From: Cenococcum geophilum
Taxonomy: Eukaryota
Length of the DNA stretch: 64,000 bases
Direction: 5' to 3'
Assembly: GCA_050273025.1 (NCBI GenBank)
Contig: CP158636.1
Coordinates: 9,114,001 to 9,178,000, forward strand
The position numbers were made by a program, and so were the translations under genes. Positions 49,161-61,734 of this stretch are shown here, one piece after another (within the stretch, counting starts at the first letter, position 1; each line of letters starts with the position of its first letter). The notes under the pieces are model-generated. The model saw only the letters and a list, made by a program, of their open reading frames with translations. It searched no databases and had not been told where the DNA came from.

Positions 49161-51288
49161 CACACATGCAACCTTACCAAAAGGTGGCGCCGCACTTCAA
49201 AACTTACGCATACCCATCTTACCATCAAAAACAATCGATTTCCTAACTTTTAAGACCTAATTCTCACTGCCTAGCGAGCTAGAGGTGGATTTATTTGTCG
49301 TTTTACCCCCTTTTCCCCAGCAGAAAATTCTTCTTAGGGGTGGTCCTAGCTTATAAGCGAGGCACGGACAGGAACACCAAAACTACAACTACTACTACGA
49401 ATACTAATAGGGGCTAGTCTTTCTACTACCTTTTAGCCTAATCTCCCCAGAAATCTTCTAGTAGGATTAGTAAGGAGAAAGGGTATAAAGATAGTAAAAA
49501 CTAGAAACCCCCCTATAAGATATAAAATGCCAAGGCCTAATAGGTCTAAAAAAAAACCTCCTATAGAAATAAGTGATGAAGATTCTACATCTACTTTTTC
49601 TCCCCCTTCTCCTTCTCCTGGCCCGTTTAGGACAGGAGAAAAAAGAGGACATCCTCAGTCTTCTCCTGAAAAAGAAAACCAAAAACCTGCAAAAAAGATA
49701 ATAAAACCAACAACTACTACGGATAGTATGCCTAGTATACCTCCGTCTTCCCTTTCTCCGGAAGAACATCTACACGAGGCTTTAAGAAGCCTAATCCAGG
49801 CCTATAGAGGGCTAGAAGGAGAAGAACAAGAAGAACAAGTTGGACAGCTAGTGGACTATACACACAATATCCTAATAGGAAAAAACCCCTTTGCAAAAGA
49901 AGAAGAAGAAGAAGAGGCAAAAGAGGTCCTAGAAGGACTAGTAGAAGAAGTAAAAGCTCTCCGTAAGGAGGTAGCTTCTACTAAAAATACTTACGCAGAG
50001 AGACTAAAGAAGGACCTCCCTTCTTTTTCGTCCTCCCCACCCTCCTCACTATTACCACCACTACCTTCTGCCCCTTCTTCTTCTAGTAGGGGTTCTACTT
50101 CTACTAGAAGTAAGAAAAAGCAGCTACAAGAAAGGAAACTAGTCCTAATTACAGACGAAAAGGACCAACCTCTAGATACCTTCTCTATACGAAATAAAGT
50201 CAATCAACTATTTGCATCAAAACTGCAAGTAAAAAAGCCAGTTCTAGCGTCTATAGCTAGAACTAAAGGAAAACAAAATATTCTCCTTACGACTACAGAA
50301 GAGTATAATGCAGATTTCCTAGTCAAATATAAGGAGATCTGGCATAACTGCTTTACCTTTTAAAGAGAACAAAAACTAGAACCATGGGTTCAAATTATAG
50401 CCTATAGGGTTCCTACCCTACCTTTCCTAGGAGAAGGAGGCTCTAAGCTTCTAAAAGAAGAGATTGAGACCTTTAATCCTATAAGGATACAAGGACTACC
50501 TAGATGGATCTTATCTAGCGAAAAAAGACACAATCCACAGACCAGATTTGGCTCTATAGTTTTTACTATAGAGAACGAAGAAAAAAGACAAGAAATCCTC
50601 AAGCAAAAAGAGATATCAATTGCAGGTACAGCTACTAAGGTAGTAAAGTACCTTAAAGTCTCTCCTACTACGCAGTGTAATAGCTGCCAAAAATTTGGCC
50701 ATACAGGAGACAGATGCTCTACTAGGGCCTGTAGATATTGTGCGGCTGCACATCTATCTAAAGACCACTGCTGTCCTACCTGCTTAATAAGCGGTAGGCC
50801 TTGCAAGCATACCACCCCTCTTTGCATTAATTGTAAAGAAAAACACTTTGCTAATAGTAGAGACTGCGAGAATCTTAGAGCAGCTAAATTAGTACATAGT
50901 ACTAGCGTAGAAGACTCTATGGAAGAATAAAATTAATAGAAGTCTAGAAGGAGGTAACTCCTACTAGGCTTTTAGGTTAAAAGACAGTAGAGAGCAAAAG
51001 GACAGAAATAAATTGCAAAAGGACAGGGACAGGGGTTAGGATTTCTTACAGTTTTTCTTACCATTTTCTCATTCCCTAGTAGTTGTAGTATCTTAGTATT
51101 TTTACTAGGAAACTATAAACTCCTAATTTAGGGGTTTATAAACTACTAGGATATAGCTACTAGTACATATTAAGCTGCCCCAAAAAGGATTTATGTATAT
51201 AGAACTATAGCGCCATAGCCCAGAGGCTGCATGCGCAGTATTGTACGTAGTATAATACAATGGATAAAAAAAAAAAAAAAAAAAAAAA
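49161..51288 (+). mobile_element. Non-autonomous LINE derivative carrying ORF1 only, with poly(A) tail
   Basis: TSD GAGATAGTTAACT(AC/AT), 13-15 bp, at 49146 and 51289. 23-nt poly(A) at 51266-51288. Absent at the homologous site of element D (~34736-34755). Confidence 0.9.
49527..50930 (+). pseudogene. LINE ORF1 (gag-like nucleic-acid-binding protein with zinc knuckles), one premature stop
   Basis: Track ORF 49527-50363 reads through a single TAA (50361, likely CAA) into WVQIIA...LPRWIL...QCNSCQKFGH...CRYCAAAHLSKDHCCPTC...CKH...CINCKEKHFANSRDC and stops at 50930. Confidence 0.88.
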
Positions 51289-54200
51289 GAGATAGTTAAC
51301 TATATAGTTTACCTTCGAGATTAAACGCCATAGGAAAGCAATGGATGGAAATCGCTATATAAGAGGTTCTATACCTTCCTAGCTAATAGGAGACTAAGAA
51401 AACTACAACTAGCGCACCTAAAAGCCTACGGCTATAGGGCGTACGTGATGACATCGGACGCCTAGCTAAAGAAGAGAAGGCTAAGCAAGCTAGATTCGCG
51501 AGCCTATATCGGCTATCTCGTCGGCTATAACTTTACTAATATCTATAGGATCTGGATCCCATATAAAGGTATTATCATCTCTACTAGGGACGTCATCTTT
51601 AACAAAAAGACGTTCTTCGACGGTAAGCGAATGGATATCTTAAAGGACCTATACGCTGAGCTAGATACGCTAATTGAGAAGATTTAACTCCCTAATACCT
51701 TGACTAAGAATAAGGTTCTTCTAAAAGATGATAAAGAAGTACTTAAACTGTTAAGTTAAGAGAAAGACGACGACGTTGATAATGAGCCAGTTTAAGCCTT
51801 TAATAAGTTAGTAGATCTTAAGCTTATAAGAGCTCTTAAAGACGCGTATTATACGCCACCTCTAACGGAAGAAGATAAAGAATCTCCATGTGTCTTTTAT
51901 GTTAAGTATCCTATAAAGTTAGAGATATAAGATACTAATTAGGATATTATTAACCGAGTAGGAGATAGGTTTTATACTTAGGGGGTGTTTAATAACTCGG
52001 TTAAAGACTTATTTAAGGAAGCCGGTAATTATAGGTTTAAAGACTTTGTTACTAAAAGGATTACTTTAGCCTATTACGGCGCCTTCTTAGCAGGAAGGAA
52101 GTTTAACCTTAATAGTTAACTTAACGATAGTAAGCTTAAATTAAGCAGAATACGTAATATTAGATTATAAAGGAAGAACTTACCTCCGCTACCTTAGTCG
52201 ATCCGCGACCTTAATACGTATCTTCTTTAAGATTAGTTCTAAGAGGCTTAACGAGCCTATCCCTAATCTTATTATTAAATGAGGTCGTTTTAAGAAATAG
52301 ATAAGAAGCACGTAAAGGGATAGCAGGTCCTTAGCTTAATGTGGATCTTTATCTACAAAATAAATAAGTATAGATTCCTTTAGAAATGCAAGGCATGCTT
52401 AGTAGTATACGGAAATTAATAGGCCCTAGGAGACCTACCTACAAAAGCTACTATATTAGCCAGTACGACCTTTCAAACCCTTATAGCGATCACTATAAAA
52501 TTTGACCTGGAGATAACATAGATAGATATAGTTAATGCGTTTATCTATTACGATCTTAATAAGGTCGTCTATATAAAGCTACCGCTAGGGTTTAATAAAG
52601 GAAAGATAGATAAAGTACTGCGCTTAAGAAAAGCCCTTTACGGACTATAATAATTACTACTACTATAGCAGAAGAATCTCATGAGCTCGCTAATAGAATT
52701 AGGTTTTAAAGAGGTACCCTAGAAGCCATGCGTCATGCTAAAAGGGGGAATAGTTGTCTTCTTCTACGTTAATAATATTGTCTTCTGCTACCGAAAGATA
52801 GATAAGAAGAAGGCTTAAGAAGCGATTAAGGAGCTAAGTAAGGAATACTAGATAAGTACCCTTGGAGAGCTAAAATGGTTCCTAGGAATCTATGTACTAC
52901 GTAATTATAGCTAAAGGCTTCTGTGGCTATCCTAGGAAACCTATATTAAGAAGATAGCTAATTAGTATAAGATAGATCTTAATAGGCGTCTTTTAGATAC
53001 TCCTATAGCTGAATTAGAACTCCTACCTACTAATTACCGATTAATCCGTCTAACGTGTCCGTCCCCTAATATAGACCTATTAGTCCGTCCTATATCCCTA
53101 CTAGCTTCTATAATGCTATATCAGAGAAAACTGGGTTTAATACTCTATATAGCCACTATAACGCGTCCAGATATTGCCTTTGCAGTATTATAGCTAGTAA
53201 GGTTTAATTGGGACCTAAGCTAAAAGCACTATTAAGCGGTAGATAGAGTTATTTAGTACCTATATAGTATAAGGAGCAGAGCAATCTACTATAAAGGAGA
53301 TAAGGAAGGAATAAACGGTAGAGGGAGAGATAAAGGAATACGCGACTAAGGACGAGATAATAGAGACGGTAGAAGTAAAGCGTAATTATTTATCTATACT
53401 AGCGACGCATTATTTACGGACAACTCCGTTAACAGAAAGAGCTCGTAAGGATATATTATAAAGCTATTTAGGGGATTAATCGCCTAGAGAGTAAATAAGT
53501 AGGGTACTGTTATAACGTTAAGTACAGAAGCCAAGTTATTAGCCCTATTACAGATAGTAAAAAAAGCTATCTTTATTAGCAGGCTGTTTAAAGTAATAAC
53601 GTTATACCTAAACGAGCCCTTAATTATTAACTGTAATAATGTCTAGACACTCTAACTAATTATAGAGAATATGGCAAAGCTAATTATAAAGCTCTAATAC
53701 GTTAATATCTATTAATACTAGTTACGTTAAGAATACGTAATAAGACGAGTGCTATTATAATAGAAAGTAACAAAGAAGATAATTGCTAATGGACTTACGA
53801 AGGCCCTGCCTAAGCAGAGGTTTAAGAGCTTCGTTAATATAATCGGAATGGTGGATATTAAGGAGCGGCTAAATAAGGAGAAGCAACTGGAGGACCTAAG
53901 GGAAAAGGTTAGGGCGAGAAGGAAGGATTTAGAGGAGATTATGGTTTAATTAACGCATTAACGGATGAGAAGGTGGTTAGCTTTGACCTTAAAGAGCTTG
54001 AAGCTAAGGGGGTGTGTTAAATAATCTGTATTCTCTGTGGCGTAGGATATACACGAGTTACGTGCATGGGGCCTATGCTTTATAAATATCTTCATCTAAG
54101 CCTAGGGGCCCTAGGTCAAGATAACGATCAAGATCATTAATCAATTAACCCATTTTATTAATAAATAGCTCTATATAAGTTATCTGACAAGAGTGTGGCT

Positions 54201-55161
54201 TATATAGAATATTAATAAATTAAAACTTTACCCTATATATACGCCGCAGTTCTTATAGCAATTGTTACTTATTCTTTAATCCCTTAGAATATCTTTTACT
54301 CCGCTTTAATATAGGTTATATTTTAATAGCGGCGCTTACTTTTCGCCTACGCTTTAGCTATAAGGTTAGAGTATCCCGCTTACGGTACTTATCTAACAGT
54401 TATTAATAATTCTTAAGTTTCATCTTATATTTCTATTTATTATACTTATTTAGCCATCCTAGCCATTTAATAAGGTACTATGGTTATCCAGTATAATTTT
54501 AGTAGGCGACAATTACTTCTACTTCCCAGCTACCTTCCTTAAGCTCTTTTACTACTAGGGGTTAAAACCTAAGGCGTGACTTATAAGGCTCTAGTAGGGA
54601 GATATAAAAGACTAGGTAGAGCCATACTATAGTAGGTAGAAGCTCTAGCTTATATACTTGCTGCCCTACGCGCTCTAGGATCTAAAACGGTCCTATAAAC
54701 TTATAGTTAAGCTTTTTATAAGGACGTTTTGTGCGGATATTCTTAGAGGAGAGTAGGACTTATTTACTAATGGCGAAATGCTTGGCCAGATGGTAACGAT
54801 TATAGTATTTTACCTAAAGCTTTTAGGCGTATATTATTAACTCCGCCGCTACCTTATATATAAGGCATAGGCGTTATAGATACGTCTCTACAAGTTAGAC
54901 ATTCGTTAACTTAGACCCCTTCCTACCTTACTAGGCGTCTTAGACGCTATTTAGGATTCTATCTAGAACGTTTAGTAGCTAGCTATAGGCGAGCTTAATA
55001 GAGGAACACTTTATTATAGTATAGACCTTAAAGTTATAGGCAAAGGCTGCTTCTTTGAGTAGGGAGGCCTAATTAGACTATCCCTAGTTTGTAAATATAC
55101 GTAGGTATATTTTAAGCTCCTAGTTCTAACGATTTATCTAACTATTTATCTACGGGTGGAA

Positions 55162-56862
55162 TATAAAAATGTCTATTCAAAGCGAAGTCACGCCTTCCCT
55201 CTGAACAGCAACATCAATATCTATCACAATTAGCTTTTTGGCTTTTCGCTTTAAAATAAGGCTTATTTAATAAAGATTTTGTTATTTATTCGTCTTATAG
55301 CCTTAATAATACTATGCCGTACGGCGTTGTGTTGTTGTCGCGATAAAACGTCTTACCCCTGGAGGATCGCGAAGTTTCGCGTCGCGTCTTTCCACAGCAG
55401 CTATTGATAAGTAGTCTTTCCTAACAATTTTTCCCACAGGGTTTTTTAACAGGTTTTGAATTGACGCTTTCCAGCTTCCTCCTTACTACGTTATCGTCGT
55501 CGTCGTTGTTAATAGCCTTCGATATTACCTACCCGAACGGTTTTTGATGATACTCTATGGTAAAGAGACGACATATATTCCTACTCCTATATTGGTTATT
55601 GGGCGCAGGCCTTGTACCGCTAGGTTTGTCGTTAACAGCCTTTGATATTACCTAGGTTCTGGGTTACCTAAATGGTCTTTTAACGATACCCTACGGGCGC
55701 AAAAAAAGACGAGATATATTCCTACTTCTATATTGGTTGTAGGGCAGGCCTCGTACCGCTAGCTTCTAACGGTACGCGTTGTTTGGGGCAATGAGTGTGT
55801 AATTATCTACCACTGCTTAAGATAGTAGGGAACCTACTATGCAATACAGCAGGCTGAGATGATTACCCTCTTCTTGGGCCTACACCCCCCAATATAATAC
55901 ACTATTTAGAATATATCTCTATCTCTGCGAGCAAGTAAATAAATAAAAATGTCTATTTAAAGCGAAGTCACGCCTTCCCTCTAAACAGTAATATCAATAT
56001 CTATTACAATCAGCCTTTCGGCTTTTCGCTTTCCTACCCTCAACCCTATAGATAGATTTTGCAGCCTCTTAGGCTTGCGGTAGGCCTGAGGGGGGCAATG
56101 AGTGTGTAATTATCTACCACTGCTTAAGATAGTAGGGAACCTACTATGCAATACAGCAGGCTGAGATGATTACCCTCTTCTTGGGCCTACACCCCCCAAT
56201 ATAATACACTATTTAGAATATATCTCTATCTCTGCGAGCAAGTAAATAAATAAAAATGTCTATTTAAAGCGAAGTCACGCCTTCCCTCTAAACAGTAATA
56301 TCAATATCTATTACAATCAGCCTTTCGGCTTTTCGCTTTCCTACCCTCAACCCTATAGATAGATTTTGCAGCCTCTTAGGCTTGCGGTAGGCCTGAGGGG
56401 GGCAATGAGTGTGTAATTATCTACCACTGCTTAAGATAGTAGGGAACCTACTATGCAATACAGCAGGCTGAGATGATTACCCTCTTCTTGGGCCTACACC
56501 CCCCAATATAATACACTATTTAGAATATATCTCTATCTCTGCGAGCAAGTAAATAAATAAAAATGTCTATTTAAAGCGAAGTCACGCCTTCCCTCTAAAC
56601 AGTAATATCAATATCTATTACAATCAGCCTTTCGGCTTTTCGCTTTCCTACCCTCAACCCTATAGATAGATTTTGCAGCCTCTTAGGCTTGCGGTAGGCC
56701 TGAGGGGGGCAATGAGTGTGTAATTATCTACCACTGCTTAAGATAGTAGGGAACCTACTATGCAATACAGCAGGCTGAGATGATTACCCTCTCCTTGGGC
56801 CTACACACCCTAATATAATACACTATTTAGAATATATCTCTATCTCTGCGAGCAAGTGAATA
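55162..56862 (-). mobile_element. Non-coding insertion in J integrase, built from 307-bp tandem units plus one longer variant unit (SINE-like concatemer)
   Basis: Host codons S-T-A | F-H-P-Q are separated by this block. Minus-strand units end GAATAGACATTTTTATTTATTT. The orientation is inferred from that tail. Confidence 0.55.
55785..56862. repeat. 307-bp tandem repeat, 3.5 copies
   Basis: GGGGCAATGAGTGTG recurs at 55785, 56092, 56399 and 56706. Part of the unit also occurs at 55164-55252. Confidence 0.95.
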
Positions 56863-59765
56863 GATAGTACTAAATTTACGTTAAACGCGGAAATGGTAGC
56901 ACATAGTGCTTTAGTACTCGCTTATAAATATACTACCCCTATTAGAGACAATATTATCTAAAGGCCCTATTTACATAAAGACTCTAAATAAGAGTTCTAC
57001 GAGTTGCGTAGTATTAATTATCTTACACACTAGATAGTAGCGTACTAGTTTTATAAAACGGTCTATAAGGACAAGGATAGAGTTATACTATACACTATTA
57101 GGAGTTTTAGACTCTAGGAGATCCGTAATAAAGTTAAGTAAATAATGCTATTAGACTTAGGTAGGGACCCAAAGAGGCTATAGCTTACTATAGGGTTTAT
57201 AGCGGCGCGATTTAGAGCGTTAGCAGGCATTATAATTATCTAGGTATTTATAAAGGTCCTAAGTAAGGCCGTTCTAAGTATACTTTCGCATAATTACCTT
57301 AAAAGTACGGTTAAAACTATAATGGCCGCTTATAGGATCGTTATAATTCCGCTTAAGGATCTCCTATTATAGTAGTATATAATTTAGCACCTAGACCTTA
57401 TTATTTTACCTTAGGAGTCCTTAATTATTAAGGGTATAGTCCTTATTACTAGCAGAAACTCGTCCCTAAGTTAACTAATTACATATAGAGTGTATAAAGG
57501 CGTCCCTTTTTTATACTCCATGAATAAAATTAACTAGTGACTTAGGGGGTTATTTCGTAAACGCCGTTTTAGCTAAAGTAGCTATTACTACCTCTTGCCG
57601 TGGCACGAGACTCTACGCAAAGTTAGTGCTAGTAAAGTAATGTATAATATATAGGTAACTTACTAGGTTATTATAGAGGACTATAGCCTAGGCTAAGGGG
57701 TCTTCCCTAGGGTTAAGCGCTATTAGGTTAGTTAAAGTAGTCTTAAAGAGAATAGTAGGATACTTTGGTCCGCCGGCGCTAAGTTTACAAAAGTCACTTA
57801 TATGCTACACGCATGCTACTTACTAGTTTAGTATAGTAGTACTAGGGCCACCTATAAGGCCTATAACCCGTAACTTTTGCTATAATATAGGTAGCATAGC
57901 ATTAAGGATTATCCTTTTACTACTATCTTTAAAGCCTTTAGTATAATCCGGGTGCCGAGATAATATATTAGTAGGATTTACCTTACCTAGCTTATATTTA
58001 ATCTTAAAATTAAACTTAGCTAGTTCCTTAGCATACTAGGCCTAGCAAGTAGATAAGCTCTTAGTGGTTATAAAGTACCTAAGATTATTATAATTATAGA
58101 GCGCGCGCGTTATATGCGCGGTATATTTAGGGTAATAGCGCTACGTCTTAAAGTATTGCACTATAGCGAGTAGTTCTTTATTATATATATTATACTATAC
58201 TTCTAGGCTAGTAAGCTTCTAACTATAATAAGCGATTAGGTGCTAGTGGAGTTAATCTTCTTACCTTAAAGGCTGTAAAAGTATACCGCTATAGGCATAG
58301 TCGGAAGCGTTAGTAATTACTATTAGAGGTAAATTAGGGTTAAAGTAGCGAGGCAGAGGAGCCTATATAAATATAGCGCGTAGCTTATAGAACGCCTACT
58401 ACGCGTCATTAGGCTAGGACCAAGGTTAATACTATTTAGTAGGCCCTTTTAACTTACGCTTCTTCTTCTTCTCCCTATCTAATATTAGGTTGTGATATGC
58501 CTATATAAGATATATGTATAAGGGGTATATAGTATCCGAGTAGTTCTAGATAAATCGCCTATAGAAGTTAGCAAAGCTAAGGAAAACATAGATATCCCTA
58601 TAGGACTTAGGCTTAGGCCATTCCTTAATAGCTTTTACGCGATTAGGGTCTATTATAATACCCCTAGGGGTAATAATAAAGCCTAAAAACTCAACGTTCT
58701 TAGTATAAAAAATACATTTTAATAGTTTAGCGTATAGGCCCTAAGCGCGGAGCTGTTATAGTACCTACTTAACGTACTTAACGTGCTTATCCTTGTTATT
58801 TAAGTAGATAAGAATATTATCTAGATAATCTACGTAGATGGTATCTACTAGGGTTTCTAGAGCTTTATAAATATAGCTCTAGAAAGTTATAGGGGCGTTA
58901 GTAAGACTAAAGGGCATTCTAGGTACTTAAAGTAACTATAGCGTATCTTAAATGTGGTCTTTTATTTATCTCCCTTTTTAATATAAATCTTATAGTACGC
59001 ATTATAAAGATCTAGCTTTGTAAATATCTTCGTATAGCTAATCCTATTAAAGAGCTTGCTGACTAGCGGTAGGGGTACCAATTTTTAATCGTGATCTTGT
59101 TTAGGCGTCTATAGTTAACATATAGCTATATTATACCGTCTGCTTTTGGTATAAAGAGGATAGGCGCTTTAGCAGGCGACTTACTGGGCCTAATTCAGCC
59201 CTTTTTAAGAGCACTGTTTAGGTACTCTTATAAGATCTATAACTCTTTCTATAAGAGGTTATAGAGGGGTATTTATAGTAGCGTCTTACCTTCTTCTAAG
59301 TCGATTATATGGTCGTACTTAAAGTTCTACAGTAGTATGCTTACTAGCTTATTAGAGAAAACATTAATTTCCTCCTTATATACCTCTAGCAGGCCGGGGG
59401 CTATAGAGGTTAAAGTAACTATTAGATAGTAGTGTGCTTCCGGGAGCTAGTAGAGAGAAGGGTACGGCCAGCATATATTTTGTAGGTATACCTACACTAA
59501 GAATATATACAGCTCTACTGTAGTATACTTAATAGTTTTAGGGTTTTAATCACCTCCCCCTTATATATAGGTAATCTAAACTAGCACCGGAGGGTGTCTA
59601 TAGGGACTTACTACTAGTGACGGCAGGTCTTTTACTATATTTATAACTAGTATCTCTACGTCCGGAGGGTCTGTATAGGTACTCGCTGCTAGTAACAATG
59701 GGTCCTCTATTATGTTTATAACCGGCGTAAAGAAGAAGTCTTCTAGCTATAGCGAATAGACTATT

Positions 59766-59958
59766 TGTAATGGCTCGAACTATCAAACAAATGTCTCGAC
59801 AGAGACTTAAATAAATGCTTGCAAGGAGAAGCGAACGAATGCTGTATTACGAAGATATTAAGCTAAGGAGCAAGAGAAGGTGGTGAGGCCACGTCCATAT
59901 ACACATGCCAAGTCCTAAGCGAACCCCTGACTAGGTGACGCGCCCCAGCGCCGTCACA
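59766..59958. mobile_element. Solo LTR (193 bp)
   Basis: TGTAATGGC...GCCGTCACA termini with 5-bp TSD CTATT (59761-59765, 59959-59963). Confidence 0.85.
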
Positions 59959-61734
59959 CTATTTCACTAGCCTTAATATCTGCTAGGAGAATATTAAGGG
60001 TAACTATCTAGAGGCATCTAGGGTCTAAAGTACCCTAAATAAACTGTCTAGAATGGAAGCTAATTAATAAATCTACTTTCGCAAGCCAATCCTATCTAAG
60101 AACTATATTATAACTATTAAATAAGCCGCCCTAAAAGGTCTACGGGCCGATAGTACAAGAGGTACCCTAGGAGTCGCTAGTGGTAACCATTAGATTATAA
60201 GCATCCCAGATTATTATTTAGTTGCTATTATGGAAACGTATAATAGGTTTATATAAATATAGTGTATAGCGTATAGGTAGGTTAAACCTATAGACAATAT
60301 CTTAATTAATAAGGTTAATTTGGTACCTATTATTGTATAAAGTATATAGGCGGACTTTGCCCTAGGGCGTATCTATTACAATATATACTATAATGCGTTT
60401 TTTCTCTCCCTCTATATTAGGCCCTAGTTACAGTTAAGAGAGATACGCTACTAGGGCTTTAGGTTTTCTAAAGCCTAAGCTAACTTCTCTTTATTAGCCT
60501 ACTTCTAGTATTTCTTATAGTGGCCACCTACGGTCCTTTAACTCGCCTACGTAGCACTAGCGTCTAAGGGGTCCCCTAAGCTATCTGGCTTTTAGGTAAT
60601 CTCCCTAGGAGTTTACTTAAAAGAGCGTCGCCCTTTTTAGGTTCTGTTCCCTAAGCCTAACTCTATAAAGCCTATACTGCGACCACGCTTTATACGCGAT
60701 AATTTACCGCTGCTACTTACGCGATCTTCCGCAAGCTTTATAGTATTAAGTAATTACTTTATATAGTAGATTTCATTAAAGAGGTTTTTAGCGGTTTTCA
60801 CCTGTTAGGCAAAGTTCTAGCAAAAGAGCTCTACTTATAGGTGGTCTGGGAGATATAAGAACTAAAAGTCTACCTATTATTTAGGATTAATAAAAGGGGT
60901 ATATAAGAAGAGGTCCTCTAAGCTATGTATATAGGCTAGGAAGACGTTAAACCTCTAGTTTTCCTTTATAATAGCTATATAGTACATTATAGCGTTATTA
61001 AAGCGTCTTACTATAGGGTTCCTAATCTAGTCTTAGATAATAGTTTTAAATTCGTCCTATAGTAAAGAACCTTTATCCTTAATACCTAACCGGCAATAGA
61101 CTAGTTGGGCGATTGTCTTCTCTTTTATAAGACCTTTAATAGCCTAGCGCGTGCGTCGCTTACAGTCGTAGTTAGCGTCATTAACCTTAAATTAGTTCTT
61201 AACTGCGGCAATCTACCGGTTAAAATACTGTTAAGTAGTACCGCTAATATTAGGTGGTGACTTCTGAACTAGGGCGTTAAGATTTATTTGGCGTATGCGC
61301 TCGCCATATAACTTATACTCTTTACTAAAGAGGTAATAGGAGGGCTTTATTAAATCAATAATGCTCTATAAGTTGGCTATTTTCTTAGCTAGCTTATCTA
61401 GCTCCTTTATATTAGCGGTATTAGATAGGACGCTAGTAACCTTACTAAGCTCCTATTAAGCCTAGGTATATAAGTTAAACTAGTTTTTAGCATTTATAGA
61501 TATCTAATCGTTTTAAGGTTTAGAAGGTGGCTTAGATTCTACTAGTATGCTTCTAGCGGTTTCGTCTATACTAGATCCTAAGGCGTTCTACAGTTGCATC
61601 GCTAGCGTATTACCGTTAGGTATAGGCGTCGGTTTTCTTTTCAAAGGCATTATAGAAAAATTAAACCGGCTATCCTCCTAAGGGGATTAGTAAGGATTTA
61701 AATATAAGGTAAGAATATAGATAGGGAGTTTAAT

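Larger units (their letters stand above)
46456..54189 (+). mobile_element. Full-length Ty1/Copia element F (same family as D), interrupted by a half-LINE
   Basis: 175-bp LTRs at 46456-46630 and 54015-54189, 5-bp TSD AGAGT (46451-46455, 54190-54194). WHLRLG(H) GAG-pre-integrase ~48585, RT FYVNN(DD) ~52762, RNase H ~53400. Confidence 0.93.
45570..61734 (-). mobile_element. Chromodomain Ty3/Gypsy element J, split by F, the 55.2-56.9 kb insert and a solo LTR
   Basis: PPT GGGGGGGGG at ~45604-45613 next to a truncated LTR. Chromodomain WEVEVIV..YLIKWLGW ~54430-54535, integrase interrupted between STA (56863) and FHPQ (55161), RNase H ~57750-58300, RT DYLDNI ~58815-58830, protease and gag ~59964-61640. 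Confidence 0.82.

Noticed and set aside
49159..49200. 5' end CACACATGCAACC resembling the start of fungal 5S rRNA (SINE3-like head)
   Set aside because: The similarity covers only about 10 nt and I see no internal 5S A/C boxes.
49467..50827. Four minus-strand ORFs overlapping LINE ORF1
   Set aside because: Shadow frames of the plus-strand ORF1 with no recognisable motifs.
55785..56091. Hammerhead ribozyme (retrozyme or Penelope-like) in the 307-bp unit
   Set aside because: No CUGANGA and GAAA core is correctly placed around the stems on either strand, even allowing RIP reversal.
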